Shown here: piece after piece, positions 30,293 through 40,327 of the stretch
Numbering within the stretch: position 1 is the stretch's first letter
How the letters are laid out: each line of letters starts with the position of its first letter
Source of the DNA: a virus
IMG/VR virus record: IMGVR_UViG_3300044675_005321
Coordinates: 3,647-67,646 of that record
DNA: 64,000 bases
Strand: one strand, 5' to 3'
The notes under the pieces: model-generated
The model's database searches: none
What the model saw: only the letters and a program-made list of their open reading frames with translations
What the model was told of the DNA's origin: nothing
Made by a program: the position numbers and the translations under genes

Positions 30293-33154
30293 TTAAAGGA
30301 TGATCCAGTTTGTACCGGTAGACTGTAAAGTCAATGCTGAATATTGCTGAATCATATCAGTCCCTCCAGTGAGTCCGTCAATAGATACACCGGTTGAGGG
30401 GGTAATGAGTACATAAAAAGAGGTTAATTTCTTAAAGTTTAACTTCATCCCTTTATTGCCAGCACTAGGTACAATGTTAGTTAAGGCAACTGTTGAATTA
30501 GCGGTTGGACTAAGAAGATATGTAATTTCTAAAGTACCTGCACTAGGGGCGGCGGGCGTATAGATATTTGAAACGAAGGTACCTGTGATTACATCGGGCA
30601 AACTACCGCCACCACCGCCCCCGCTCACTGTACCAGGTTTCCATTGTGAACTTGCGCTTTCCCAAACTAGCGCTTGCCCATTTGTAGGCGCTGTTGTTGT
30701 TGTGTCCACATCGGACAATGCATTTACAGAGAACCCCGAAAGAGATACTACAGCGTCAATTCGTGAAGCGCCTGTATTATTTGTGAAAGTAATTCCTGTA
30801 TTTGTTGCGTTGCCACTTGCAAGACCGGCGCCGGCGGCGCTTCGTGCTAAAGCGTCTGTATATTGTGTGATGGTTGACGCAATTACGCCACTAGACACAG
30901 TTATTCCCGCCCCTGCTGTATAGTATGACTTCATCGCTGTATCTTGTGTGCTGATCGCATTGTCAACATACTTAGAATTTACAGACTTCGTAGAATTGTC
31001 ATTAGCGCTTAGATCGGGGACAATTGGGGAAGATGAGAAAGTTTTTACACCTGCAATTGTTTGCGCTGTTGTCATACGTACAAAGTCGGTTGAGTCCAGC
31101 CCATCAAGTAAATCGGCATCTAGACCACTACCTGAACCATCAACAGTCTTGATTTTTGTGAGTACGTCGCTCGCCGTATAACTTGTGGCATCAAGTTTGC
31201 CAGCTAACCCATTGTCTACATACGCCACAGTAGCATATGTAGCTGATCCGCCTTCTAATAAGTTTACGCGGGAATCTAAAGCATCTGTGATACCTGTAAC
31301 ATAAAGTTTGACAGTTGGGGCGTTGGGCGCTTTGCTTAAATCATCAATATCATTTGTCACGGCGGCGCTTAATGCCCTTGAATCAGTGAAGTAAAGTTTA
31401 CTTGCTTCACCTTGCGCCCCTTGCCCTTCTGAAATATCCCCTGTATATAGAGTTACGGCGCCAATTTGATCATTTACACTAGATACGGGGGAAGTTGAAT
31501 TGTAAAGTGCAATCCAGCCAGGGGCATCAGAATCATAGATATAATTTCCATTGTTCGCGGGGGTTGGATCATTGACAACAATAGCAACATCCCCCGTATT
31601 GATACCGGTAAGCGCGTTTCTTTCTGCAATGGTCTGTACTACATACGGTTTAGTCAAGGCAAGCGGGGGAATATGGTGATTAGGAATTAGTCCATTGGCG
31701 TCTAATTCAGCGACGCCATTCGCAACGCCCTTATCAGAAGTTCTAAGTAAATCAGCGGAATCAGTTAATTGAGTACTCGCGGTGATAAGTGTTGGCTTGT
31801 CTCGTAGTTCTGTATAACTACCAGTGAAAGAGGTTTCAACACCTAGCGCACTAATGAAATTTGCTGAAGTAGTAAATGTTTTCACTGTGTTATTTGCGTA
31901 TCCTGTTCGGCCTGCAATCACAACACCACTAGTTAAATTTGTTTGTAGTGTGTTTAGGCCACTACATTCTGAAACAATAATTAAAAATGGTGAGGATACA
32001 TTTGAAGGGATGATACGAAGGTTATTTAGTGAGCAACGATTAAAATAGATTGTGCAATTTGTCAAATTTGAAATCAGAATATTTTGATTAGAAAATTCGC
32101 AATCGGTGAAGGTCATAAATGTTGCGCTTGAATCTGTCACACCGTCAATTGTGAGACCTCCCAAAAATTGAACACTTTGAAAAATATGACGGCCTTTTGT
32201 CCCTGTGATGCTAGTAGCCCCCTCAATTTGTAGATTAGTAATGCGAACGCGTTCACTTGTCCCGCTAATTGCAAGACCACGCCCGCCCGCTAGTTCGCAA
32301 ATTGTGTTTCCAGCATTGGGACAAATAATCCCTAGATTTACTTTATCCTCAATTGAAAGCGTAGCGCCGCCAAAAGAACCAGCGGAAGCATAAATAACAT
32401 TGCCTTGATCAACGCCAATTTCATTGATTACCGCTTGAAAATCATTGAGGCCATCGTTAACATAATAAGAATTACTATGTAAATGATGTGCTTCTACATC
32501 ATCTAAGCGAAGATCAAGCGCTGAATCGGCGTTGGTTCTGTTGGTGATTTCACTTTGTAAATCAGCTTCAAGCGCTCTAAGGTCAACGCCGGCGGTTAGT
32601 GTGAGGATATCGGCTTGTAGTGTGTCAATATCTGTTTCCGCGGTTGTTAGCCTTGAAGATACATCGTTCACCGATTGGGCTGATGCTTTGGTGAGGATAT
32701 CCGCTTGTAGTGTGTCAATATCTGACTCCGCGCTTGTCAATCGTGTATCAATGCCAGACACTTGCCCATCTAGTGTAGTGAATTGACCCTCAAGCGTTGT
32801 TAAGCGGGTATCAAGCGCGTTATCGCCATTTGTTCGATTGGTGATCTCTGTTGCTAAATCTTGTTCTAGTGTCTGTAATCCTAGTTCAAGGCTTGAAGAA
32901 GCGCTATCATACGCGGCATTAAAGCGTGTTTGTGTCCAATAAAGATTCGTACCTTCGGGCATGTTTGAGGTAGTCATTGACACATTGCCATTAACATCAG
33001 GAATAATACCATTCACGGAATCAACATCACCTTGACCAAGCCCGCCAGGCATTTGAGACGCGGGAATTTTGCCGGTTTCGTCAAGTGTTGCAATTCCGCC
33101 GGCTTGCCCCTTTTCACTTTCGGGGATACCTTTGTTCTTATAGAGTGTTGCCAT
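30293..33154 (-). CDS. Tail fibre/tailspike with coiled coil and probable beta-helix domain
   Basis: GIATLDETGKIP, VDSVNG, LDADLLDG and QTIAGVKTF fibre motifs; central F..C.F.N repeats. Confidence 0.8.
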   Translation of the reverse strand: MATLYKNKGIPESEKGQAGGIATLDETGKIPASQMPGGLGQGDVDSVNGIIPDVNGNVSMTTSNMPEGTNLYWTQTRFNAAYDSASSSLELGLQTLEQDLATEITNRTNGDNALDTRLTTLEGQFTTLDGQVSGIDTRLTSAESDIDTLQADILTKASAQSVNDVSSRLTTAETDIDTLQADILTLTAGVDLRALEADLQSEITNRTNADSALDLRLDDVEAHHLHSNSYYVNDGLNDFQAVINEIGVDQGNVIYASAGSFGGATLSIEDKVNLGIICPNAGNTICELAGGRGLAISGTSERVRITNLQIEGATSITGTKGRHIFQSVQFLGGLTIDGVTDSSATFMTFTDCEFSNQNILISNLTNCTIYFNRCSLNNLRIIPSNVSSPFLIIVSECSGLNTLQTNLTSGVVIAGRTGYANNTVKTFTTSANFISALGVETSFTGSYTELRDKPTLITASTQLTDSADLLRTSDKGVANGVAELDANGLIPNHHIPPLALTKPYVVQTIAERNALTGINTGDVAIVVNDPTPANNGNYIYDSDAPGWIALYNSTSPVSSVNDQIGAVTLYTGDISEGQGAQGEASKLYFTDSRALSAAVTNDIDDLSKAPNAPTVKLYVTGITDALDSRVNLLEGGSATYATVAYVDNGLAGKLDATSYTASDVLTKIKTVDGSGSGLDADLLDGLDSTDFVRMTTAQTIAGVKTFSSSPIVPDLSANDNSTKSVNSKYVDNAISTQDTAMKSYYTAGAGITVSSGVIASTITQYTDALARSAAGAGLASGNATNTGITFTNNTGASRIDAVVSLSGFSVNALSDVDTTTTAPTNGQALVWESASSQWKPGTVSGGGGGGSLPDVITGTFVSNIYTPAAPSAGTLEITYLLSPTANSTVALTNIVPSAGNKGMKLNFKKLTSFYVLITPSTGVSIDGLTGGTDMIQQYSALTLQSTGTNWIIL
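32601..32724. repeat. Intragenic 34-bp direct repeat, 90-bp period
   Basis: gtgaggatatc(g/c)gcttgtagtgtgtcaatatctg at 32601 and 32691, encoding DIDTLQADILT twice. Confidence 0.8.
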
Positions 33155-33469
33155 TTAAATACCTCGTTCCCAAGCGGTCAATGTGGCTGTTACGGGGGTA
33201 ATTGCACCATTAAAAACTATTTTTACTTTATCAAATAAAGGGGCGTCTTTGCCCGCAATCATGACAGTATCTAGTTCACTCGCTCCTAAAATATGAGACT
33301 TAAAGTCGCTTTCACCACAAGGCAAAATAAACACATCAAAATTCCCAGCGCCTAAATTGCTACAAGAAACTTGCACATTAGATGGGTAGTTTGCAAAGTC
33401 AACACGTGAATTACTTCTTGTGAATATCACTTCATTCAAATCAGTTAGTTTTGTTGTTTGGTAAGTCAT
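33155..33469 (-). CDS. Hypothetical protein (likely virion)
   Basis: AAGGAG RBS; between terminase and tail fibre. Confidence 0.55.
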   Translation of the reverse strand: MTYQTTKLTDLNEVIFTRSNSRVDFANYPSNVQVSCSNLGAGNFDVFILPCGESDFKSHILGASELDTVMIAGKDAPLFDKVKIVFNGAITPVTATLTAWERGI

Positions 33470-33508
33470 AATTGATTCTCCTTCTTATTGATCATATTAA
33501 CTTGTTGA

Positions 33509-35179
33509 TTAGTTTTCATCATCAAAATCATCTTTGAAATCCCAACTTGCTAAAATTCTATGTAAATCTCTTGTATCTTCTTCACGCAACCCATTCACTG
33601 TCTGATCTAGATCATCCAGATACTCACGATCGCCGAAACTAATGATATGTTGAAACCTTTCTTCTCTTAGTACACAGTGAGCAATCCATAAAGACATAAC
33701 AGTATCATCATGTTTCTCTCTACCTAAGCCCCATAATTCTTGTATCAATGGATCACTTATCTCTTTATCAATACTTGTGCGACTAGGAATAATCACTTTC
33801 CCATTCTCAAAGAGTACAGATAGAGAAGTAACCCCATCCCATGGACTTGCCTTTTTTGCCCCCGTAGTCAAGTGAGGCCGTAAAGGTAGATCAGAAGTTT
33901 GCTTGAGTCCTACATAATGCAATTCACCGAATGCGTTTCGTTCTACAGCAACCGCATAAACACGCCCTTTAAAGCGCTCATATTCCCTAATTACAGCGTT
34001 CCTAAGTTCACTTGTACTCATACCCCGCTTTCTAAACAATCCTAGTAAATAATGATCGCCGGTTCGTCTGTCTCTTGCCCATGTTGTGCCAACAGTGAAA
34101 TCACTATCTTTTGTTTCCGCATGCTGTGCGTTTTGTACAAGGGAAAAATCCCAGCCTTGAACAATATCAAATTGATCGGCGTTAATGTGCTGTGGGACTT
34201 CATAAAAACTTAGATTTCTTCCTCTCTCTTGTGCATGTTGCAACCATTCCCATTTAAAGGCCGCCGCTGTATCGTCTTGAACTTGGTTTAAAAATTCTCT
34301 TGCGAACATTTGTGAACCTATGGTCATACGTTCTTCCATGAGCATTTCAAAAGGCCTATGTTCCTTCCATAAAACTACCGGTTCGCCTACTACCTTTACG
34401 CCGGTTATTCTTGATTTACCATTGATTTCTTTTGTCTCATATTCATAATGTTCCGGCCACTTGATAATTGCGGGATCTTCTTGAACTGACCATGTTGCAT
34501 CAACTTTTAAATGTCCATAGAGATCATCGTGATGCTTCCTAGTCCCAATGACAATCATAAGCCCGCCAGGTTCTAACATAGGTTGAACAGTACCACGAAA
34601 CCACCGGCGCGTTTTCTCTCTACTTGTTTGTGAGTACACTGTGTCATCATCCTCTAAGTCATCCGCTAAGATGATATCAAAATGCGCCCCAGTGATTGCG
34701 CCGCCGGCCCCAATTGCTTGAATTGTAGGATCAACGCTATGATTTTTTCTTTTTACATAGATTTGTCTTTGTGTCCAGCTTTCGCCGCCACCTTCAAAGG
34801 GTAAACAGCCAGCATCTGTATCACTTGCCCAATCTTCAATAATCCTCTCACTTTTAAGAAGTTCTTTCACACGGGACATACGGCGCTCAGCTTGGGGGGC
34901 GCTTGCACAAATCCACAAGATACGCACATCCCTATTTAAACAAATAGCACGTAATGCATATGTCACCGCTAGTTCTGTTTTACCATGTGAACGAGGCGCT
35001 AGTAATAGAATTCTATTTTTTCGGCGCTCTTTGATTGCTTGATTGCGTTCATCCTCTAACCGCTTTAGCCATGCTACTCTATGTCTTGCGTATTGCATAC
35101 CACAGTAATAAACATCAAAGAAAACAGGGGAATGCGCCGCTAATAACCTTCGTTCGATTGGCGTACTAGGTAAAATCAT
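33509..35179 (-). CDS. terL: Terminase large subunit
   Basis: APRSHGKT Walker A, IILADD Walker B, IGTRKHHDD, nuclease GWD...HDD. Start (MILPS) uncertain. Confidence 0.9.
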   Translation of the reverse strand: MILPSTPIERRLLAAHSPVFFDVYYCGMQYARHRVAWLKRLEDERNQAIKERRKNRILLLAPRSHGKTELAVTYALRAICLNRDVRILWICASAPQAERRMSRVKELLKSERIIEDWASDTDAGCLPFEGGGESWTQRQIYVKRKNHSVDPTIQAIGAGGAITGAHFDIILADDLEDDDTVYSQTSREKTRRWFRGTVQPMLEPGGLMIVIGTRKHHDDLYGHLKVDATWSVQEDPAIIKWPEHYEYETKEINGKSRITGVKVVGEPVVLWKEHRPFEMLMEERMTIGSQMFAREFLNQVQDDTAAAFKWEWLQHAQERGRNLSFYEVPQHINADQFDIVQGWDFSLVQNAQHAETKDSDFTVGTTWARDRRTGDHYLLGLFRKRGMSTSELRNAVIREYERFKGRVYAVAVERNAFGELHYVGLKQTSDLPLRPHLTTGAKKASPWDGVTSLSVLFENGKVIIPSRTSIDKEISDPLIQELWGLGREKHDDTVMSLWIAHCVLREERFQHIISFGDREYLDDLDQTVNGLREEDTRDLHRILASWDFKDDFDDEN

Positions 35180-35246
35180 TTTATTTGACAAACTTTGATC
35201 ATTTGGCATACTAGAACAACTCTTTCAACCTCTACAAGGAGATAAA

Positions 35247-35723
35247 ATGCTGTGTTATATCTTGATCTTATCACTTTTTACACATGATCAATCGATCGAT
35301 TACTCAAAAAAACTAAGTAAAACTTTTCAAAATAGATTGAAAACATGTAAGATGATCGCCCAAGAAGCTAAGAATCAAGCGATTGATCCAGTTCTAGCAG
35401 TTTCAATCGCATTCAACGAATCTAAGTTCACACAAGAAGCGATTGCGTTTGATGGCAAAGGTTTTGGCCCTATGCAGGCAACGCCGCGCCTATGGTGTGA
35501 AAACAAGAAACTTGAAAATTGCGACCTTATCAAGGCCGGTGTGACAGCCCTTAGAACCTATCTAGAAATTCACGACGGTGATGAGTTTCAAGCGGTCAAG
35601 GCGTATGCAGGCAAAGGCCAAAAGGCGCATAACTATGCTCGCCGTATTCTTAGAATCAAAGCTAAAACAAATCACCTACTAAAGGGAATCAAAGATGAAG
35701 ATCTCATTATCATTGAAAACTAA
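35247..35723 (+). CDS. Lytic transglycosylase (SLT-like) with N-terminal hydrophobic anchor
   Basis: IDPVLAVSIAFNESKF, GPMQ and AVKAY motifs. Confidence 0.8.
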   Translation: MLCYILILSLFTHDQSIDYSKKLSKTFQNRLKTCKMIAQEAKNQAIDPVLAVSIAFNESKFTQEAIAFDGKGFGPMQATPRLWCENKKLENCDLIKAGVTALRTYLEIHDGDEFQAVKAYAGKGQKAHNYARRILRIKAKTNHLLKGIKDEDLIIIEN

Positions 35724-36807
35724 TATCAAGGCAATCAAAGAAATCATCGCCGTAGCAAAACGCAAAAAAACGCCCGAATACTTGTCTTTTGTGCATGTTG
35801 ATTGTGTTGTTGTTGGCGCTAGTCGCTTTGTTCGTTTGTCCGCTACTGACCTTGAAACTACGATTACTCATAAATTAATTGATTGTGATTTCGTTGGGGA
35901 CTCATCATTTAGTACTTTGATTCATCATGAAGCGCTTAGTAAGTTATTACCTACCTATAAAACCATTGATATCATTGATGACAAGATCAAGGCCGGACAA
36001 GCTGAAATCACGCATCAAGTACTTGATTCCACAGATTACTCTGATATCTTGACCGATATTCAAGGAATTCAAGGGCAAGAAGACGCATACGCTTTAAATG
36101 ATACAGATATCATCGAACTTCGAAACGCTTTAGCTACGGCGCTAATTGCTTCCTCGAATGAAGAATCAAGGGTTCGATTGTGCAGCGTGTTTCTATCTAC
36201 AAATGATCAAGGTTTTCTAGTCGCTACCGCTACAGATGGACACCGCTTGACTATCTACAAAACAGGCATCAAAACCAATTTAAATGCGTTGCTTCCTAAA
36301 GGTCAAGTTCCGCTTCTTTGCGACGTACTCAATGGCAATGTTGACGCTCGAATTTGGGCAACAAAGAGTATGCTATATGTATCAAGGGGGCAAGATTTCA
36401 TTTTAGCGGTGCGCTTGATTGCTGAAGAATTCCCAGATATTTCACGCATCGTTCCAAAGAACAACGAATATATGATCACATTCAACAGCGCTCATCTTCA
36501 CAGCGTTAAAGAAGCGTTGTTATTTGCACAAGATAAAGCGGGAGCAGGCATCACTTTGAGACACCAAAAAGAAGGCAATAAGCTTTATCTTAGTCTCAAA
36601 GATTCCAGTACTACCGGTTTGACCTACGAATCAAAAGATGAAGGGTTTGCGCATATCGATTATCAAATCAGTTTTTCCCCTAAGTATCTTTTAGATGCGC
36701 TACAAAATACGCCGATCATGCTTGCAGGTCAAAGCGAATTTTCCCCCGTACTATGTACAGAAGAGACAGGGAAGATTTTAAATGTGCTTATGGCACGTCG
36801 TGGCTAA
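35695..36807 (+). CDS. dnaN: DNA polymerase III beta sliding clamp homologue
   Basis: LSATDLE, ATDGHRL, RLIAEEFPDISRIVP, FSPKYLLDAL and VLMARR motifs; 370 aa. Confidence 0.9.
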   Translation: MKISLSLKTNIKAIKEIIAVAKRKKTPEYLSFVHVDCVVVGASRFVRLSATDLETTITHKLIDCDFVGDSSFSTLIHHEALSKLLPTYKTIDIIDDKIKAGQAEITHQVLDSTDYSDILTDIQGIQGQEDAYALNDTDIIELRNALATALIASSNEESRVRLCSVFLSTNDQGFLVATATDGHRLTIYKTGIKTNLNALLPKGQVPLLCDVLNGNVDARIWATKSMLYVSRGQDFILAVRLIAEEFPDISRIVPKNNEYMITFNSAHLHSVKEALLFAQDKAGAGITLRHQKEGNKLYLSLKDSSTTGLTYESKDEGFAHIDYQISFSPKYLLDALQNTPIMLAGQSEFSPVLCTEETGKILNVLMARRG

Positions 36808-36830
36808 TTTTAATAAGTACTTGATTGACT

Positions 36831-37598
36831 ATGAAAACTAATGAAATTTATCATGGTGATTGTCTTGATTTGCTACCTAGTATTCCTAGTAAATCTGTTG
36901 ATATGATCCTTTGTGATTTGCCTTATGGTACAACGGCCTGCGAGTGGGATTCTATTATTGATATGACTAGACTTTGGCAGGAGTATGAGAGAGTGATTAA
37001 GGATAACGGCGCTATCGTTTTGACGGCCTGCAACGAATTCACTTTTGCTTTGTACAATAGCAATCCAAAGATGTTTAAATATCGGTGGATATGGAAGAAG
37101 TCATTGGCTACCGGATTTCTCTTAGCAAAGAAGCAGCCTATGAGGAATTTTGAGGATGTACTTGTCTTTTACAAGAAACAGCCGACATATAATCCTATTT
37201 CCTTCAGAAAGGGGAAGAGTGAGCATAGAGATGTGAATATGAAGCATATTGATTGCAATGTTTATGCTCAAAATAGGCTAAAAAGAAAGGTAGCAAATGA
37301 AGATAGATTGCCAACTACGATTTTAGAATTTCAATCCGCAAATACTGGATCAAGCATTAACATAACAATCCATCCAACACAAAAGCCGGTTGCATTGTTT
37401 GAGTACCTAATCAAGACCTACACCAATGAAAATGAGTTAGTCTTAGATAATTGTAGCGGTAGCGGTACAACGGCCATCGCGTGCATGAATACCAATAGAA
37501 GGTTTATTTGCATTGAGAGGGATGAAACCTATCACCGCAAGAGCATTGAGAGAATGAACAACCATGAACCACTATTCCATTTGGGGGATAAATGCTAG
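36831..37598 (+). CDS. Beta-class N6A/N4C DNA methyltransferase, array copy 1
   Basis: DLPY motif IV, HPTQKP, DNCSGSGTT motif I. Confidence 0.92.
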   Translation: MKTNEIYHGDCLDLLPSIPSKSVDMILCDLPYGTTACEWDSIIDMTRLWQEYERVIKDNGAIVLTACNEFTFALYNSNPKMFKYRWIWKKSLATGFLLAKKQPMRNFEDVLVFYKKQPTYNPISFRKGKSEHRDVNMKHIDCNVYAQNRLKRKVANEDRLPTTILEFQSANTGSSINITIHPTQKPVALFEYLIKTYTNENELVLDNCSGSGTTAIACMNTNRRFICIERDETYHRKSIERMNNHEPLFHLGDKC

Positions 37599-38356
37599 AA
37601 GAAAACAAGATACATTTAGGCGATTGCCTTGACCTTATGCCGTCCATTCCCAGTAAATCGGTTGATATGATCCTTTGCGATTTGCCTTATGGGACAACGG
37701 CTTGCGAGTGGGATTCTATCATTGACATGTCTAAACTTTGGCAAGAGTATGAACGAGTGATCAAAGATAATGGGGCTATCGTTCTGACAGCATCATCATA
37801 TTTTACTTTTAAACTTTGGCAGAGCAATATTCGACTATTTAGATATAAGATTGTATGGAATAAGAGATTAAAAGTGGGCTTGTTTGACGCAACAAGAAGA
37901 CCAATGAGACAGCATGAAGATATTTTAATTTTCTATAAAAAGTCGCCTTGTTACAATCCACAAATGACTTTATCAGATACGGCTTACTCTATGAAAGCCG
38001 GTCAAAAAGTGCATCCTAAATTTCAAAAAGATCCTATTTTTACACAAGAAAAGAAAGACGTAAAAACAAGATATCCATCGGATATCATACAAATAGATTC
38101 AGCGAACTTAACAAGAGAACGAGGACTACACCCAACGCAAAAACCTGTAGCATTGTTTGAGTATCTAATCAAAACCTATACAAACGAGAACGAACTAGTC
38201 TTAGATAATTGTAGCGGTAGCGGTACAACGGCCATCGCGTGCATGAACACCAATCGCCGGTTTATCTGCATTGAGAGAGATGAAACATATCATCGCAAGT
38301 CAATTGAGAGACTGGCAAATCATGAACCTTTATTGCACATGGGGGATAAATGCTAG
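37592..38356 (+). CDS. Beta-class N6A/N4C DNA methyltransferase, array copy 2
   Basis: Same motifs; different central region. Confidence 0.92.
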   Translation: MLEENKIHLGDCLDLMPSIPSKSVDMILCDLPYGTTACEWDSIIDMSKLWQEYERVIKDNGAIVLTASSYFTFKLWQSNIRLFRYKIVWNKRLKVGLFDATRRPMRQHEDILIFYKKSPCYNPQMTLSDTAYSMKAGQKVHPKFQKDPIFTQEKKDVKTRYPSDIIQIDSANLTRERGLHPTQKPVALFEYLIKTYTNENELVLDNCSGSGTTAIACMNTNRRFICIERDETYHRKSIERLANHEPLLHMGDKC

Positions 38357-39117
38357 AAGAAAACAAGATACATTTAGGCGATTGCCTTGACCTTATGCCG
38401 TCCATTCCCAGTAAATCGGTTGATATGATCCTTTGCGATTTGCCTTATGGGACAACGGCTTGTGAATGGGACAGCATCATTGACATGGCTAGGCTTTGGG
38501 CTGAGTATGAACGAGTGATTAAGGATAATGGAGCTATTGTTTTGACGGCTAACTCAGTATTCACCTTTAAACTTTATAACTCAAATCCCAAAATCTTTAA
38601 ATACAAACAAGTGTGGGATAAAATTATAAAAGTTGGGCACTTGTCAGCAAATAGAATACCCATGCGACAACATGAGGATGTTTTATTATTTTGCAGGGGG
38701 ACGCCTCCTTATTTTCCACAAATGTCAAAAGGTGCACCATATACTATGAAGAGAAACAATAGAATGGAATCTGTGGCTTACTTAGGAGGATCAGCAACGA
38801 AAAGAAGTGATACAAATAATAACGGAGAACGATATCCTTCAGATATTATACAAATAGCATCTGCGGTATTCTCAAAAGATAAAGGGCAACACCCAACACA
38901 AAAGCCAGTAGCCTTGTTTGAGTACCTAATCAAAACCTATACCAACGAAAACGAGCTAGTCTTAGATAACTGCTCAGGCAGTGGCACCACCGCCGTTGCC
39001 TGCATAAATACAAACCGCCGGTTTATCTGCATTGAGAGAGATGAAACATATCATCGCAAGTCAATTGAGAGACTGGCAAATCATGAACCACTATTGCACA
39101 TGGGGGATAAATGCTAG
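38350..39117 (+). CDS. Beta-class N6A/N4C DNA methyltransferase, array copy 3
   Basis: Same motifs; different central region. Confidence 0.92.
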   Translation: MLEENKIHLGDCLDLMPSIPSKSVDMILCDLPYGTTACEWDSIIDMARLWAEYERVIKDNGAIVLTANSVFTFKLYNSNPKIFKYKQVWDKIIKVGHLSANRIPMRQHEDVLLFCRGTPPYFPQMSKGAPYTMKRNNRMESVAYLGGSATKRSDTNNNGERYPSDIIQIASAVFSKDKGQHPTQKPVALFEYLIKTYTNENELVLDNCSGSGTTAVACINTNRRFICIERDETYHRKSIERLANHEPLLHMGDKC

Positions 39118-39872
39118 AAGAGAATAAGATCCACCTTGGCGATTGCCTTGACCTCATGCCATCCATTCCCAGTAAATCGATTGATATGATCCTTTGCGAT
39201 CTTCCCTATGGAACGACGGCCTGCGAGTGGGATTCTATTATTGATATGACTAGACTTTGGCAGGAGTATGAGAGAATTATCAAGGACAACGGCGCAATTG
39301 TTTTGACGGCCAATAATGTCTTTACTTTCAAGCTATGGTCAAGCAATCCAGCGCTTTTTAGATATAGATGGATTTGGATCAAGAGTTTAAAAACTCAATT
39401 TCTCAATGCAAATAGAAGACCTTTATCGCAATTTGAGGAAGTGATGATTTTTTACAAAAAACAGCCAAAATATAATCCTCAAATGCAAGATGGCAAAGCA
39501 TATAAAATAAGTAATGAGAAATCTTCAATCGGTGGCAAGAGTGCCTACGGTGATGAAAAACTGGTTAGAATTCCAACAGTCAATAATGGTGAATACTTTC
39601 CCAGTGATATCTTAGAATTTTCAAATGAGATAGGATTTCATCCAACACAGAAGCCGGTGGCCTTGTTTGAGTACCTAATCAAAACCTATACCAATGAAGG
39701 CGAAATCGTACTTGATAATTGCAGCGGTTCAGGGACTACAGCGATAGCGTGTTTAAATAGCAATAGGCAATTTATTTGCATGGAGAAAGACGAAACCTAT
39801 TATAAAAGATCACTTGATAGACTAGCTAATCATGAACCTCTCTTATATTTTACAAACCACAATGAAAACTAA
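39111..39872 (+). CDS. Beta-class N6A/N4C DNA methyltransferase, array copy 4
   Basis: Same motifs; different central region. Confidence 0.92.
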   Translation: MLEENKIHLGDCLDLMPSIPSKSIDMILCDLPYGTTACEWDSIIDMTRLWQEYERIIKDNGAIVLTANNVFTFKLWSSNPALFRYRWIWIKSLKTQFLNANRRPLSQFEEVMIFYKKQPKYNPQMQDGKAYKISNEKSSIGGKSAYGDEKLVRIPTVNNGEYFPSDILEFSNEIGFHPTQKPVALFEYLIKTYTNEGEIVLDNCSGSGTTAIACLNSNRQFICMEKDETYYKRSLDRLANHEPLLYFTNHNEN

Positions 39873-39934
39873 GAAAGAAAATTAAAAAGTTTTTTGTTTA
39901 CTATGTGATCCATTTTAAAAGAAAGTGAGACAAC

Positions 39935-40327
39935 ATGGATGATTTACAAAGAACGCTTATGATTGAAGAGATGCTTGAACGTGGTGAAGTGTATGAAGGT
40001 TATAGGGACAATAAACATTTCACGCTTGAGCATAAGCGCTTTTATAACAAATGCACGAAAGAACGCTTCTTAAGTGAGTTCTCTTACGATTTGACTTGGC
40101 GGGAGATTGCATCAAGGCTAGGCATAAGCCAATATGCAGCGCGGGAACTTGGTACTTATTATGGCGTCGGTAAGAAACAATTGAAAAAGAATAGAACTGT
40201 GACAGATGAACAGATCATTGAGGCGTTCAAAGAGTACCCTAAAAAATCGATCAAAGAACTCAAGGATGATTTACAATTGTGCTTCTCTACTGTTTGGCGT
40301 CGTGCTAAAGAACTAGGACTAATATGA
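39935..40327 (+). CDS. Putative HTH DNA-binding protein
   Basis: TWREIASRLGISQYAAR and a second HTH-like segment. Confidence 0.6.
   Translation: MDDLQRTLMIEEMLERGEVYEGYRDNKHFTLEHKRFYNKCTKERFLSEFSYDLTWREIASRLGISQYAARELGTYYGVGKKQLKKNRTVTDEQIIEAFKEYPKKSIKELKDDLQLCFSTVWRRAKELGLI

Noticed and set aside
30585-33238. + strand ORFs opposite the tail fibre, and similar short shadow ORFs elsewhere
   Set aside because: Antisense or alternate-frame shadows of well-supported genes with no motifs.
36831-39872. Repeat-spacer pattern as CRISPR array or diversity-generating retroelement
   Set aside because: Repeats are long coding segments; no reverse transcriptase or cas operon; differences are not adenine-specific.
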